NCBI GenBank assembly: GCA_937874965.1
Contig: CALNCD010000068.1
Span: forward strand, 10,886-74,885
Direction of reading: 5' to 3'
Source: an uncultured Erysipelotrichaceae bacterium
Lineage (GTDB): Bacteria > Bacillota_I > Bacilli_A > Erysipelotrichales > Erysipelotrichaceae
DNA length: 64,000 nucleotides
Made by a program: the position numbers and the translations under genes. Below are positions 56,036 through 64,000 of the stretch, in pieces. Each line of letters opens with the position of its first letter. The first letter of the stretch is position 1. The notes beneath the pieces are model-generated. The model saw only the letters and a list, made by a program, of their open reading frames with translations. It made no database searches and was not told the DNA's origin.

Positions 56036-58516
56036 ATGGACGAAAATACAGTTGACACTTTTGATAAAATAAAGAGTACGAATATTTCAAGCGAGATGCG
56101 TAAATCTTTCCTTGAGTATTCCATGTCTGTCATCATTGCACGTGCTTTGCCGGATGTTCGTGACGGACTTAAACCTGTTCATCGCCGTATTCTTTTCGGA
56201 ATGAATGAGCAAGGAATGTACAGTGATAAACCATATAAGAAATCCGCAAGAATTGTCGGTGATGTCATGGGTAAATATCACCCTCATGGGGACAGTTCTA
56301 TTTATGATGCAATGGTTCGTATGGCCCAGAGCTTTTCCTACAGGTATGTTCTTGTCGATGGTCATGGCAACTTCGGATCAATTGATGGCGATGGGGCCGC
56401 TGCGATGCGTTATACAGAATCCAGGATGTCCAAACTTTCAATGGAACTTTTGAAGGATATTAACAAGGATACTGTTGATTTCTCACCAAACTATGATGAG
56501 GAGGAAACGGAACCGGACGTTATGCCGGCTCGTTTTCCGAATCTGTTGGTTAATGGTGCAACAGGAATTGCCGTAGGAATGGCTACAAATATTCCGCCGC
56601 ATCAGCTTGGAGAAACAATTGATGCGACGATTGCTGTTATGAATAATCCTGATATTACCGTTACTGAATTGATGGAATCCTATATCTATGGACCAGACTT
56701 CCCAACAGGAGGCTATATTCTCGGACGTGCAGGGATTCGTCAGGCCTATGAAACCGGCCGGGGAAGTATCGCTGTTCGTGCAAAAGTTGATGTTATTGAC
56801 ATTGAAAGCGGAAAAAAAGCGATTATTGTCAAGGAAATTCCCTACCAGGTTAACAAAGCAAATCTCGTTGATAAAATTGCTTCGTTAGTTCGTGAAAAAA
56901 CGATTGAAGGAATTACTGCGCTTCGCGATGAATCCAATCACGAAGGAATACGAATTGTTATTGAATTACGGCGTGATATTCAGGCGGAAGTTATTCTGAA
57001 CCAGCTATATCGCTTAACTGCACTACAGACTACATTTGGAGTCAATATGCTTGCCCTGGTGAACAGAACTCCGAAATTGATGGGATTAAAAGAAATTCTT
57101 GAACATTACATTAATCATCAGATTGATGTTACTGTACGCAGAACTGAATTTGATTTACGCAAAGCAAAAGACAGAGCTCACATTTTAGAAGGTCTGATCA
57201 TTGCTTTGGATAATATCGATGAGATTATTTCTATCATACGATCTTCGACAGATGATCCGCAAGCAATTAACCGTATGGGAGAGAGGTTTGGATTAAGCGA
57301 AATTCAGGCTAAGGCAATCCTAGATATGCAGCTGCGTCGTTTAACAGGATTGCAACGGACAAAAATTGAGGATGAATATAAGACATTGCAAGCCTTGATT
57401 TTAGATTTGGAAGATATTCTATCAAATCATAGCCGCGTTCTCGATATTATTCGTGAAGAGCTAACTCAGGTTAAAGAAAAATACAACGATAAGCGCTTAT
57501 CAGAAATCATAGAATCTGATTATGATGTTGAAGATGAAGATTTGATTCCGGTCGAAGATATCGTGATTGCATTATCATTGAACGGATATATTAAGAGAAC
57601 GACGCTCGATAACTATCATGTTCAAAATCGTGGAGGTAAAGGAATTAAGGGAATGTCAACCCATGACGACGATGTCGTTGATCAATTTATTTCGATGTCA
57701 ACTCACGATTATCTGCTTTTGTTTACAAATTTTGGTAAAGTCTACCGAATTAAAGGATATCGAGTTCCGCAAGCAAGCCGACAATCCAAAGGTATACCGG
57801 TTCAGAATCTCTTAAATCTTGATGCCGACGAAAAGGTAAAAGCACTTGTTAAGGTTTCCAACGATTCAGAAGCAAAATATTTGTTCTTTGTGACAAAGAA
57901 CGGGCTTGTTAAACGTGTTGAAGTCTCTGAATTTGAATCAATTCGTCAGAATGGCAAGATTGCGATTTCTCTGAAGGATGATGATGAACTTGTAGCTGTT
58001 CGATTGACAAATGGAACCAATGAAATCATTATTGGTGGATCAAATGGTAAAGCTGTTCGCTTCTCAGAAGCAGGAGTTCGTTCCATGGGACGCAGCGCGT
58101 CAGGTGTGAAAGGATTCAATGTAGATGGTGGTTCTGTTGTCGGTGTAGCCACAGATAATCAAGGACAGTTTATCCTATCTGTTACCGAAAAAGGTTACGG
58201 TAAGAAGACAGAAATAAGTGAGTACCGTTTGACATCCCGTGGTAAGAAGGGTGTTAAGACAATTAATATTTCTGAGAAGAATGGACCTTTGATTTCGTTA
58301 CGCGCCGTTAACGGAGATGAAGATGCCCTGATTATTACTGATGAAGGGGTTGTTATTCGAATATCTCTTGAAAATGTAGGTGAGTATAGTCGGAATACCA
58401 GAGGCGTCAAATTGATTAATGTTGGTGAAAATAACATTGTCTCTTCTGTTGCGATTGTCGATAAGCAATCCAATGAAGATGAAGAAGCATCTGTTGAAAA
58501 TGTAGAAGAGAATTAA
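56036..58516 (+). CDS. gyrA: DNA gyrase subunit A
   Basis: 826 aa, [21 protein letters not shown], catalytic AAMRYTE, GyrA-box/beta-pinwheel C-terminal repeats. Confidence 0.98.
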   Translation: MDENTVDTFDKIKSTNISSEMRKSFLEYSMSVIIARALPDVRDGLKPVHRRILFGMNEQGMYSDKPYKKSARIVGDVMGKYHPHGDSSIYDAMVRMAQSFSYRYVLVDGHGNFGSIDGDGAAAMRYTESRMSKLSMELLKDINKDTVDFSPNYDEEETEPDVMPARFPNLLVNGATGIAVGMATNIPPHQLGETIDATIAVMNNPDITVTELMESYIYGPDFPTGGYILGRAGIRQAYETGRGSIAVRAKVDVIDIESGKKAIIVKEIPYQVNKANLVDKIASLVREKTIEGITALRDESNHEGIRIVIELRRDIQAEVILNQLYRLTALQTTFGVNMLALVNRTPKLMGLKEILEHYINHQIDVTVRRTEFDLRKAKDRAHILEGLIIALDNIDEIISIIRSSTDDPQAINRMGERFGLSEIQAKAILDMQLRRLTGLQRTKIEDEYKTLQALILDLEDILSNHSRVLDIIREELTQVKEKYNDKRLSEIIESDYDVEDEDLIPVEDIVIALSLNGYIKRTTLDNYHVQNRGGKGIKGMSTHDDDVVDQFISMSTHDYLLLFTNFGKVYRIKGYRVPQASRQSKGIPVQNLLNLDADEKVKALVKVSNDSEAKYLFFVTKNGLVKRVEVSEFESIRQNGKIAISLKDDDELVAVRLTNGTNEIIIGGSNGKAVRFSEAGVRSMGRSASGVKGFNVDGGSVVGVATDNQGQFILSVTEKGYGKKTEISEYRLTSRGKKGVKTINISEKNGPLISLRAVNGDEDALIITDEGVVIRISLENVGEYSRNTRGVKLINVGENNIVSSVAIVDKQSNEDEEASVENVEEN

Positions 58517-58521
58517 ATTCA

Positions 58522-58580
58522 AATCCTTGTAGTGAATTTTGATTGAACTATATCATCAAAGTGATCTACGAGGATTTTTT
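58522..58580 (+). terminator. Possible gyrA terminator (11-bp stem with large loop + T-run)
   Basis: AATCCTTGTAG ... CTACGAGGATT followed by TTTTT. Confidence 0.4.
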
Positions 58581-58627
58581 AGAATAATCGGTTATCACGA
58601 AAAAAAAGTGGATAATTCACGATTATC

Positions 58628-58656
58628 TTGACTATTTATATTAAAGTCTCTAGAAT
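58628..58656 (+). promoter_or_regulatory. Sigma-A promoter of the serS leader
   Basis: TTGACT (58628-58633), 17 nt, TAGAAT (58651-58656). Confidence 0.7.
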
Positions 58657-58662
58657 ACTGGT

Positions 58663-58866
58663 ATAAACAATGACGGGAATAGTGTAGTTAACCTAAATGA
58701 AGAGAGATAATGTTTGGTGAGAATTATCTTAGGTTGTACAGTTCCACCCCTGAGTGAAAGAAAACTTTCCGGCTTCAACCGTTATTGATTGAGTGGTATG
58801 TTTCACGTGAAACATACAAGAAGGGTGGCAACACGTACATCGTCCCTTTGGATGATGTTTTTTTAT
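58663..58866 (+). promoter_or_regulatory. T-box riboswitch leader of serS
   Basis: GAAGAGAG (AG-box region), stem III palindrome at 58796-58817, T-box sequence AAGAAGGGTGGCAACACG (58819-58836), terminator CATCGTCC..GGATGATG + T8 directly before the serS RBS. Confidence 0.75.
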
Positions 58867-58882
58867 TGAAAGAGAGGCACTT

Positions 58883-60166
58883 ATGCTAGATATTAATTTG
58901 TTCAGAGAAAATCCAGATTTGATTAAAGAAAATTGTAAAAAGAAGTTTCAAGATGATAAAGTTGAACTAGTCGATGAAGTTGTAGCGCTGGATATCGAGT
59001 ATCGTGCTGCAAAAACTAGAGCTGATCAATTAAGAGGTCAACGAAATCAAATCAGTAAGCAAATTGGTGCTTTAATGGCTCAAGGACGAAAAGATGAAGC
59101 TGAAAAAGTTAAGCTTGAGGTTACTTTGCTTGCAGCCGAGTTGGAGACGATTGAGTTAACTGAACAGCCGCTGCTTGATTCAATACGGTCAAAATTAATG
59201 GTAATTCCGAACATTATTGATCCAAGTGTACCGATTGGTACTGATGATAGTGAAAATGTTGAACTATACCGGGAAGGTGATTTTTCACCTAAATCTTTTG
59301 ATATTCCTTACCATACAGAGATTATGGAAAGCTTTAGGGGGATTGATTTGGATAGTGCAAGAAAAGTCGCAGGAAATGGATTTTATTATCTAATGGGTGA
59401 TATTGCACGATTACAGTCAGCAATAATTTCATATGCTCGTGATTTTATGATTGATGCTGGATTTGAATATGTTATACCTCCTTATATGATTCATGAAAGT
59501 GTCGTCAGTGGAGTCATGAGTTTTGCAGAAATGGAAAATATGATGTATAAGGTTGAAGGCGAAGATTTGTACTTGATCGGAACCAGTGAACATTCAATGA
59601 TCGGCAAGTTTATTGATACGATTCTAAAACCAGAGGATTTGCCATATACATATACAAGTTATTCAGCATGTTTTAGAAAGGAAGTTGGTGCTCACGGAAT
59701 CGAAGAGAGAGGGCTCTATAGAGTCCATCAATTTGAAAAACAGGAAATGATTGTTGTTTGTGCTCCAGAAGAAAGTAAGCAATGGTTTGAAAAACTTTAT
59801 AAAACATCAGTTTCTTTCTTCCGAACATTGGATATTCCCGTTCGTGTATTAGAGTGTTGTTCTGGGGTTCTGGCCGATCTGAAGAGCAAAAGCGTTGATG
59901 TTGAGGCATGGAGTCCACGACAAGAAAAATTCTTTGAAGTTGGAAGTTGCTCGAATCTTACTGATGCCCAAGCTCGCCGTCTGCAGATTCGTATAAACGG
60001 TAAAGAGGGTAAAGTATTTGCCCATACATTGAATAATACAGTTGTTGCACCGCCAAGAATGCTAATCTCTTTCCTTGAAAATAATTTGCAAGAAGATGGA
60101 AGCATCCTGATTCCCAAGCCATTGCAAATGTATATGGGTGGTAAAGAGAAAATTGAAAAAAAGTAA
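58883..60166 (+). CDS. serS: Serine--tRNA ligase
   Basis: 427 aa, N-terminal coiled-coil arm, class II motifs FRKEVGAHG.., TLNNTVVAPPR. Confidence 0.97.
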   Translation: MLDINLFRENPDLIKENCKKKFQDDKVELVDEVVALDIEYRAAKTRADQLRGQRNQISKQIGALMAQGRKDEAEKVKLEVTLLAAELETIELTEQPLLDSIRSKLMVIPNIIDPSVPIGTDDSENVELYREGDFSPKSFDIPYHTEIMESFRGIDLDSARKVAGNGFYYLMGDIARLQSAIISYARDFMIDAGFEYVIPPYMIHESVVSGVMSFAEMENMMYKVEGEDLYLIGTSEHSMIGKFIDTILKPEDLPYTYTSYSACFRKEVGAHGIEERGLYRVHQFEKQEMIVVCAPEESKQWFEKLYKTSVSFFRTLDIPVRVLECCSGVLADLKSKSVDVEAWSPRQEKFFEVGSCSNLTDAQARRLQIRINGKEGKVFAHTLNNTVVAPPRMLISFLENNLQEDGSILIPKPLQMYMGGKEKIEKK

Positions 60167-60180
60167 ACGATTAGCTTGAG

Positions 60181-60196
60181 TGTTTCACGTGAAACA
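60181..60196. repeat. Second copy of the TGTTTCACGTGAAACA palindrome (first copy at 58798-58815 inside the T-box)
   Basis: Identical 16-nt core plus similar flanks (TTGAGTG before, ACAT.AAGA.G after). Confidence 0.8.
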
Positions 60197-60199
60197 TTA

Positions 60200-60220
60200 A
60201 GAGGAGAAATCCTCTTTTTT
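60200..60220 (+). terminator. serS intrinsic terminator
   Basis: AGAGGA-gaaa-TCCTCT followed by TTTTT. Confidence 0.8.
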
Positions 60221-60234
60221 AAACAAGTAGAGAC

Positions 60235-60263
60235 TTGCTTTTAACCGTGATAACTGATACAAT
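60235..60263 (+). promoter_or_regulatory. Promoter of the SRP RNA gene
   Basis: TTGCTT (60235-60240), 17 nt, TACAAT (60258-60263), 7 nt before the predicted RNA 5' end. Confidence 0.6.
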
Positions 60264-60270
60264 TCTAAAT

Positions 60271-60349
60271 GCTACTACAACATAATCTTTTGAACCAGGT
60301 CAGGGTAGGAATACAGCAGCCTTAGAAAAGCTCTTATGTGTGTGGTGGC
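60271..60349 (+). ncRNA. ffs: Signal recognition particle RNA, short 4.5S-type
   Basis: Conserved domain IV core ACCAGGTCAGGgtaGGAAtaCAGCAGCC. 5' GCTACTACAACATAA pairs with 3' TTATGTGTGTGGTGGC (G-U pairs, one bulge). T6 run follows. Confidence 0.8.
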
Positions 60350-60376
60350 TTTTTTATTAGGCTAAGGAGACTGATA

Positions 60377-61264
60377 ATGACACATAGTGAATTCATGCAT
60401 TTAGCAGTTATCGAAGCAAAGCAAGCAAGAGATGAAGGTGAAGTACCCGTTGGTGCTGTCATTGTAAAAAATGGTGTTGTAATTGCTAAAGCCCACAACC
60501 AGAAGGAAGTATTGAATAACGCAACATGTCATGCAGAGCTCATTGCGCTGCAAGAGGCTTTTCAAGCGGTCAAATTAAATTCATTGGAGGATTGTGATCT
60601 TTACGTTACTCTGGAACCTTGCATGATGTGTACAGGAGCAATCTCATTATCGAAAATCCGAAAGGTATATTGCGCTGCAAAAGATCCGAAAGGCGGATTT
60701 ATCACATCAAATTATCATGTTGAACATGATAAAGGAATAAATCATCGGCCGGAAGTAGAATTTGGCTTATTGGAAGAAGAAAGCAGCAAAATCCTTATTG
60801 AGTTCTTTAAAGAAAGAAGAAAACAAGGATTCAAGGCGAGTATCGTAAGGACGAAAGAGGCTCTTGAAAAGTGTTTTGAGATCCGTAACACGGTTTTCGT
60901 GATTGAACAGAATGTTCCTATTGAAGAAGAAATTGATGGACTCGATTCATTGGATGCAAATTGCATCCATATATTGGCTACAGTGAACGAGATAGAGGCA
61001 GGAACACTTCGCATTATACCAAAAGCAAATAAAGAGTTTAAAATAGGGCGCGTTGCAGTTTTGAAGGAATTCCGAAAACATAAAATCGGCTTAAAAATGA
61101 TGAATTTTGCTGAGAAAGTCATAAAAAACTCAGGAGGGAATGAAGTTATCCTTGAAGCTCAACTACAGGCAAGAGGATTTTATGAAAGATTAGGTTATTG
61201 TGAAGAGGGGGAAATATTTCAAGACGCAGGCATTGACCACATAAAAATGAGAAAGCAACTTTAA
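60377..61264 (+). CDS. tadA: tRNA adenosine(34) deaminase TadA fused to a C-terminal GNAT (ElaA/YjcF-like) acetyltransferase domain
   Basis: Start at ATG 60377 (AAGGAGA RBS). Deaminase motifs HAELIAL and PCMMCTGA. C-terminal FEIRNTVFVIEQNVP...IGRVAVLKEFRKHKIGLKMM...ARGFYERLGY. Confidence 0.85.
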   Translation: MTHSEFMHLAVIEAKQARDEGEVPVGAVIVKNGVVIAKAHNQKEVLNNATCHAELIALQEAFQAVKLNSLEDCDLYVTLEPCMMCTGAISLSKIRKVYCAAKDPKGGFITSNYHVEHDKGINHRPEVEFGLLEEESSKILIEFFKERRKQGFKASIVRTKEALEKCFEIRNTVFVIEQNVPIEEEIDGLDSLDANCIHILATVNEIEAGTLRIIPKANKEFKIGRVAVLKEFRKHKIGLKMMNFAEKVIKNSGGNEVILEAQLQARGFYERLGYCEEGEIFQDAGIDHIKMRKQL

Positions 61265-61279
61265 AATAAATAAGATATT

Positions 61280-61321
61280 AAAGACCCACTAGCACTTCTA
61301 CTCAATGCTAGTGGGTCTTTT
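61280..61321. terminator. Bidirectional terminator between convergent tadA and the ABC permease gene
   Basis: AGACCCACTAGCA - 11 nt - TGCTAGTGGGTCT (13-bp perfect stem) flanked by A/T runs. Confidence 0.85.
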
Positions 61322-61350
61322 GTTGTATTGTTACAATTAATCAAAGGATA

Positions 61351-63480
61351 CTATTTTGGAAAGAAAGAAGTGGTGGTAACTTTTTTTCGATCAGCGACAA
61401 TGGATTTTAAGATTGAGATACCAGTGTTATTGATTAGTAAGCTATTTAGAGTATATCCTGATGCGTCCGTAATAAGAAGAATATCACTTCCGTTCTCGGA
61501 AATTGTATTTCCAGAGAGGTATGGGGTTAATTGAGAGACATCTTCCTTCGTTAATTCATAATAATCATAACTTGAAGAATTTGCTTCAGGGCCATAAGGT
61601 TGAAGGACGTAGGAAGTCTGCAATGATTGCGGGACGTAATACGGCATATTGGTATGGTCATTTTTAAGAAGATACAAAAATTGAGTACTCTCACTTGAAA
61701 CATACTGTCCGGAGGAGGTGGAAGAAAGGAATGCTTGGTCTAGATTTAATGTACTTAAATAGCTGAGTGTTTTGCTAAAGCGAGAATCAATGATTACTGA
61801 ACTGTTTTCAACATAATTCTGATCTTGAAGATTTTGGTAATTAAGAGTGAATTTAAAAGTGCTTGAGTTATCGCTAATCAATTCGGTGTTGAGATTTAAA
61901 AGATCATCCTTTAATGAATCGGTAAATGTTTTTGAATCGAAACTAGGAATCGAGGTTAGATTTACTTCTTGATTATAAATATCAGCAAGAACTAGAAATG
62001 ACGAAGAACGTTTTGATAAAATTGGGAAATGAGATTTTAGGAATGATTCATTTTTATACAAAGCTTCAAAGAGTTTTAACTTATTCGAGTTGATTGATCG
62101 GGAAATATCATAGGTTTCTCCGGTTTTCAGAACATACTTTATATTAACAGTAGAGTCCACCTGATTATTCGGGTCTTTATTCCAAGGGTAGGTATCACTT
62201 GTTGAAGAGAGATTATTCTGTAACGAAGAAATCATTTTAATATCGTCTTTTGATTTGAACATTAGTTTCTTCTTCGTTGAATAGAGATTGGAAAAATCAT
62301 AGACTTCAACGACGACATACGAAACCGAGGAGGCATTCGGTGTATAGTTCGAAAGGCCAAAGACATTTGTTGACAGTGCGCTGATAAAGAGACCTACAGA
62401 GATAACCGCAATAATTGAATACCGTCCGGTTGTAATCAGAATGCGTTTAAATGATCGACTTGCAATGGCATTAAAAACGATATAGAAAATATAGACAATG
62501 ATTATAGGAACAGCATATAGGGCAATTGATTGGCTTATATCTGGTGATGTACTCACAAATATTGACAGGAACATAAGAAGCAACGAAATAGTTGATACAG
62601 TAGTTACAATAGCGTTAAACCATCTATTCGTGAATGAGGTGCCTGCTTTGAAGAATTGTTTTGACTGAAAAATTAAACTGCTTACTGTATTAACAAGAAC
62701 GGTGATAATAAACCAATATAAAATCATGAACAAGATGGATAGGACGGCACTATTAAGTGATATTCCGCGGACACCATCACTAATGTAGGTGTTTATATAC
62801 ATGTATATGGAGATAATCGGAGAAATATACTTCATTAGAATTGGTTCTAGGTAAAATGAAGATGAAAGCTGAGTTGAGCTGATAATAGCAAGGGTTATAT
62901 AGATGACAAAGGGAAAGATATGAATAATTCCAGTGAATAAGAATGAATTCAGTAATGTTCCCGTATTGTTGCTTACAAAATAACTGAGAGAAACTAGACT
63001 CGCAACCATGACGGAGAAGAAAAGAATGAAAAGACCGAAATAAAGGCTCCAGTTTTGGTTTCCTGGGATTGCGGTAAATGCCGATGTCGATACACCTACG
63101 ATTAAACTGATAATGAAGACAATCAGACTCGGGATAAGAATAATCAAAACGTAACCAATAAGCTGAGTTAAGAATAAGTTAACACGTTTGATCGGAAGTG
63201 CATAATAGACATCAAGTGCTTTTTTGCTATGAAGATAACTGTTAAGAGTGAGGGGTAGAATTATGGATGTAAAAATTCCAATTAATGTAAATAAATAAAG
63301 TGTATTGATAAAAATGTCGAAACGATTCGTTCCAAGCGAATATGAGGAGCTGATCAAGAAATAGAGGAGCGGAAACACAGCAAATAATAAAGTTCCAATC
63401 ATCAGCATAGTATGCTTATTTGATTTAAGTAAAAAAGCTAAATAACGAGTGTTGAGTCTTGCACTAAATGGATTTTCCAT
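61351..63480 (-). CDS. Large ABC-2-type permease-like membrane protein with a roughly 330-aa Ser/Asn-rich C-terminal extracytoplasmic region
   Basis: Start at ATG 63480 (GGAGGG RBS 8 nt upstream), overlapping the ATPase stop. About 10-12 TM segments in the first ~380 aa, then a hydrophilic low-complexity-rich domain. Confidence 0.6.
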   Translation of the reverse strand: MENPFSARLNTRYLAFLLKSNKHTMLMIGTLLFAVFPLLYFLISSSYSLGTNRFDIFINTLYLFTLIGIFTSIILPLTLNSYLHSKKALDVYYALPIKRVNLFLTQLIGYVLIILIPSLIVFIISLIVGVSTSAFTAIPGNQNWSLYFGLFILFFSVMVASLVSLSYFVSNNTGTLLNSFLFTGIIHIFPFVIYITLAIISSTQLSSSFYLEPILMKYISPIISIYMYINTYISDGVRGISLNSAVLSILFMILYWFIITVLVNTVSSLIFQSKQFFKAGTSFTNRWFNAIVTTVSTISLLLMFLSIFVSTSPDISQSIALYAVPIIIVYIFYIVFNAIASRSFKRILITTGRYSIIAVISVGLFISALSTNVFGLSNYTPNASSVSYVVVEVYDFSNLYSTKKKLMFKSKDDIKMISSLQNNLSSTSDTYPWNKDPNNQVDSTVNIKYVLKTGETYDISRSINSNKLKLFEALYKNESFLKSHFPILSKRSSSFLVLADIYNQEVNLTSIPSFDSKTFTDSLKDDLLNLNTELISDNSSTFKFTLNYQNLQDQNYVENSSVIIDSRFSKTLSYLSTLNLDQAFLSSTSSGQYVSSESTQFLYLLKNDHTNMPYYVPQSLQTSYVLQPYGPEANSSSYDYYELTKEDVSQLTPYLSGNTISENGSDILLITDASGYTLNSLLINNTGISILKSIVADRKKVTTTSFFPK

Positions 63481-64000
63481 ATCCACGGCCCTCCATTTCA
63501 TAGACAAAGAGTTCTTCTAGATTAAGCGGAAGTTGATCAATGATCAAGGGATTAAGTTTGGCTAACCCACGGTTAACTTCAGCACTGCTTCCTCGAAGGA
63601 TGATTGTAAATATTTTCCCATTTCCATCAATGTGGAGCGGCTTTAAAAAATCAAATCTAGAGGGATCCACGGTCTCATTAAATCCGAGTTGAAACTTATG
63701 ATATTGAGTTCTATAGCTGTCAATTGTATCACTTAAGACAATCTGTTTGTTGTCAATCAGCGCAATATTATCGCAAATATCTTCAAGTTCACGTAAATTA
63801 TGGCTTGAAACGATAACGGTTAGGTGTTTATCAATAATCAGATCAGCAATATGCCGCTTGAGATTCAGTCGCATGACAGGGTCTAATCCATCAAAAGCTT
63901 CATCCAATAAGACAATTTTTGGATCGATAGACAGAGAAAGTATTAATGATGCTTGGCGCTTCATTCCTTTTGAAAAGGTATTGATTTTTGCATGCTCCTT
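63464..64000 (-). CDS. ABC transporter ATP-binding protein, N-terminus outside the window
   Basis: The frame is open to the window edge. Visible: signature-like SKGMKRQ, Walker B IVLLDEAFDGLDP, H-loop SSHNL, plus a C-terminal accessory domain. Confidence 0.85.
   Translation of the reverse strand, partial: KEHAKINTFSKGMKRQASLILSLSIDPKIVLLDEAFDGLDPVMRLNLKRHIADLIIDKHLTVIVSSHNLRELEDICDNIALIDNKQIVLSDTIDSYRTQYHKFQLGFNETVDPSRFDFLKPLHIDGNGKIFTIILRGSSAEVNRGLAKLNPLIIDQLPLNLEELFVYEMEGRGYGKSI

Noticed and set aside
60338-60376. 13-aa N-terminal extension of tadA (MCGGFFIRLRRLI)
   Set aside because: It overlaps the 3' stem and T-run of the SRP RNA. The ATG at 60377 has an AAGGAGA RBS.

Overview
This window is the chromosomal replication-origin region of a medium/low-GC Bacillota genome. 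The gene order is rpmH-rnpA-yidC-jag | oriC DnaA-box cluster | dnaA-dnaN-yaaA-recF-gyrB-gyrA-serS-ffs-tadA. Left of oriC (about 49.6-50.0 kb) almost every gene is on the minus strand; right of it almost every gene is on the plus strand, so genes are co-oriented with replication. Most of 15-61 kb is housekeeping: mutS-mutL-miaA, nadK, dnaX-recR-fhs, metG, rsmI-ricT-holB-tmk, mfd-pth and the origin genes. The left 15 kb is accessory. The most unusual element is a 6.2-kb, seven-gene minus-strand operon (5264-11490). It encodes a SipW-type signal peptidase, two TasA/CalY/BsaA-like paralogs, two smaller proteins with the same SipW-class signal peptide, a 920-aa von Willebrand A protein and an LPXTG-anchored protein. 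I read this as a hybrid of a SipW-dependent fibre and a sortase-anchored adhesin. Next to it lie an orphan ABC-type (AAA_21-like) ATPase, a frameshifted small lipoprotein gene, a WYL-domain regulator and a YdeN-type hydrolase. Other points worth a second look: a perfect CIRCE (HrcA) operator in front of a DUF308/HdeD membrane-protein gene; a tcdA gene with an internal deletion; a Fur-type 7-1-7 box over the promoter of a metal ABC operon that has no binding-protein gene; a membrane protein with a catalytically dead PTS EIIB domain; a PUA/EVE-like protein coupled to dnaX-recR-fhs; a small locus whose 103-aa product has a pediocin-like double-glycine-type leader; a 16-22 nt palindrome flanking serS; and a TadA-GNAT fusion. 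I saw no rRNA, tRNA, CRISPR array, transposase or prophage. All homology statements rest on motifs I recognise in the translations; no database search was run.
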